From NCBI RefSeq assembly GCF_000150275.1, contig NW_002060952.1, positions 1,672,313-1,736,312 of the forward strand: a stretch of 64,000 nt of DNA. Direction: 5' to 3'. The stretch comes from Trichoplax adhaerens. Its lineage: Eukaryota > Animalia > Placozoa. The notes beneath the pieces were generated by a model, which saw only the letters and a list, made by a program, of their open reading frames with translations, was not told where the DNA came from and did no database searches. Below are positions 62,649 through 64,000 of this stretch, one piece after another. Each line of letters begins with the position of its first letter. Position 1 is the first letter of the stretch. The translations under genes and the position numbers were made by a program.

Positions 62649-64000
62649 CTAAGCTCAGCATAAAAATAGAATTGAATGTTTTAGTTATTATAGTGTAATT
62701 ATTTTTTGCCCTCGAATCAAAGCCCTGATGATGTTATATTAACTAAAAATAAATCAGATCTGTAGTGAATAAGACGTAATACATTTCCATCGATATTAAC
62801 AATTTCGGATCATATATATGTTAAATAAGTACCAATTTAGGGAGTGTATGGCTGTATTACCAGTTGATTCTATATTAATACACTGGCATCATATTATTAG
62901 ACATCAAATACAATTGTTATAATCCACGATCTAAGATCACATATTATTATGACAAACTAAACGTGATACAGCCTGGTAGCACCATAAAGTTGACTATGTA
63001 ATTAAAAAATTGCTATTTAATGGGCAGTTTGCAAAATGACCGATTTCGTATACGGTCATGTTCTTATATATTACTGGGAACTGGAAAGCATTACAAAATT
63101 GATTCTACAATAAATGTCCTGTACCAAGTGGGCAGGAAATTAATTGCAGCACTAACTGAATTCATTTATACTCGTATCATTTATGATCATGAATAAATTG
63201 ATGGCAAATTATTTATGTAACATGGATTCATTTTTTTGGTTCTTTTTGAATTTTTTAAAATGTATGATGTGACAGTGTATGTTACACATTATCTAACTAC
63301 ATTACATTTATTCAGCTTAGGAATTTATGTTGTAATTAGAGAAAAGAAGCTAATTTATTAGTGAAATAATAATTTGCGTTATTCATGTAAAAATCCTTAA
63401 ATATTTTAACAACACAGCGGCATATTAAGAATGTTCTTCTTAGAACTTTTTATCATACAGCGAGTCACAAATGGGAAATTATTGAAATAACATACCGTAT
63501 ATATGGTTTCTAGCAGGTTAATATAGTGTGGCAACCTTTGATTTTACAGAACTAGTGTTACTATTTAGATAACTTTCAATACCTCTAATATAGGGAATTT
63601 TGATGGCCAATGCGATCATTAATTATAAATTAAAATCCACTAATGCCACTATATCACCGTAAAGATCGTATTTATAACCATGGTATTTACTTTGATCAAA
63701 CCATTATCTAGATTCAATATTTTCATATTTATCAGATGATACAACTTAGCGATAATCTGATAGTCTCAACAATCGATAGTAACATATTAAATGCTACCGC
63801 CATGTCGTTAACGATTTTGTTACATATGGGATACAATATTGATAAAAATAATTGGCTAAATTCAGTATTTACAAACTATTTTGAACAGATGAGGTAGATA
63901 TGCGCGAATGATCAGTTAAATATTAGACCATAACATGATAAGAACCAAATACCATGTTGCTACTATTCATAAATAATCTCGATAGTAAAATTTTATTTTA

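Overview
AT-rich, intron-dense eukaryotic (animal) genomic DNA with four assembly gaps. Composition, compact introns and gene content resemble a placozoan such as Trichoplax, but that assignment is inference. The window is a tandem cluster of adhesion-class GPCR genes with N-terminal C-type lectin domains (CTLDs), a GAIN/GPS region and a secretin-like 7TM, all reconstructed by hand from GT-AG exons. Gene A (+, about 1.36-10.38 kb) has 5 CTLDs. Gene B (+, 18.64-32.46 kb) has a signal peptide, 5 CTLDs and an extra ~350-aa mucin exon. Fragment C (+, 39.7-41.4 kb) covers GAIN to TM1 on a gap-bounded contig. Gene D (-, 46.7 to 42.5 kb, 2 CTLDs) probably continues to a 7TM C-terminal half at 38.1-37.2 kb. 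Gene E (-, at least 62.6 to 55.5 kb, at least 2 CTLDs) has an open frame but has lost the GPS cleavage site and most 7TM signalling motifs. A degenerate intron-containing copy of gene A's TM3-TM5 lies at 14-15 kb. Intergenic and intronic DNA holds at least three families of TG...CA elements with 5-bp target-site duplications (solo-LTR-like), a Helitron-like 3' end, intronic tandem repeats and a conserved non-coding block downstream of both A and B.
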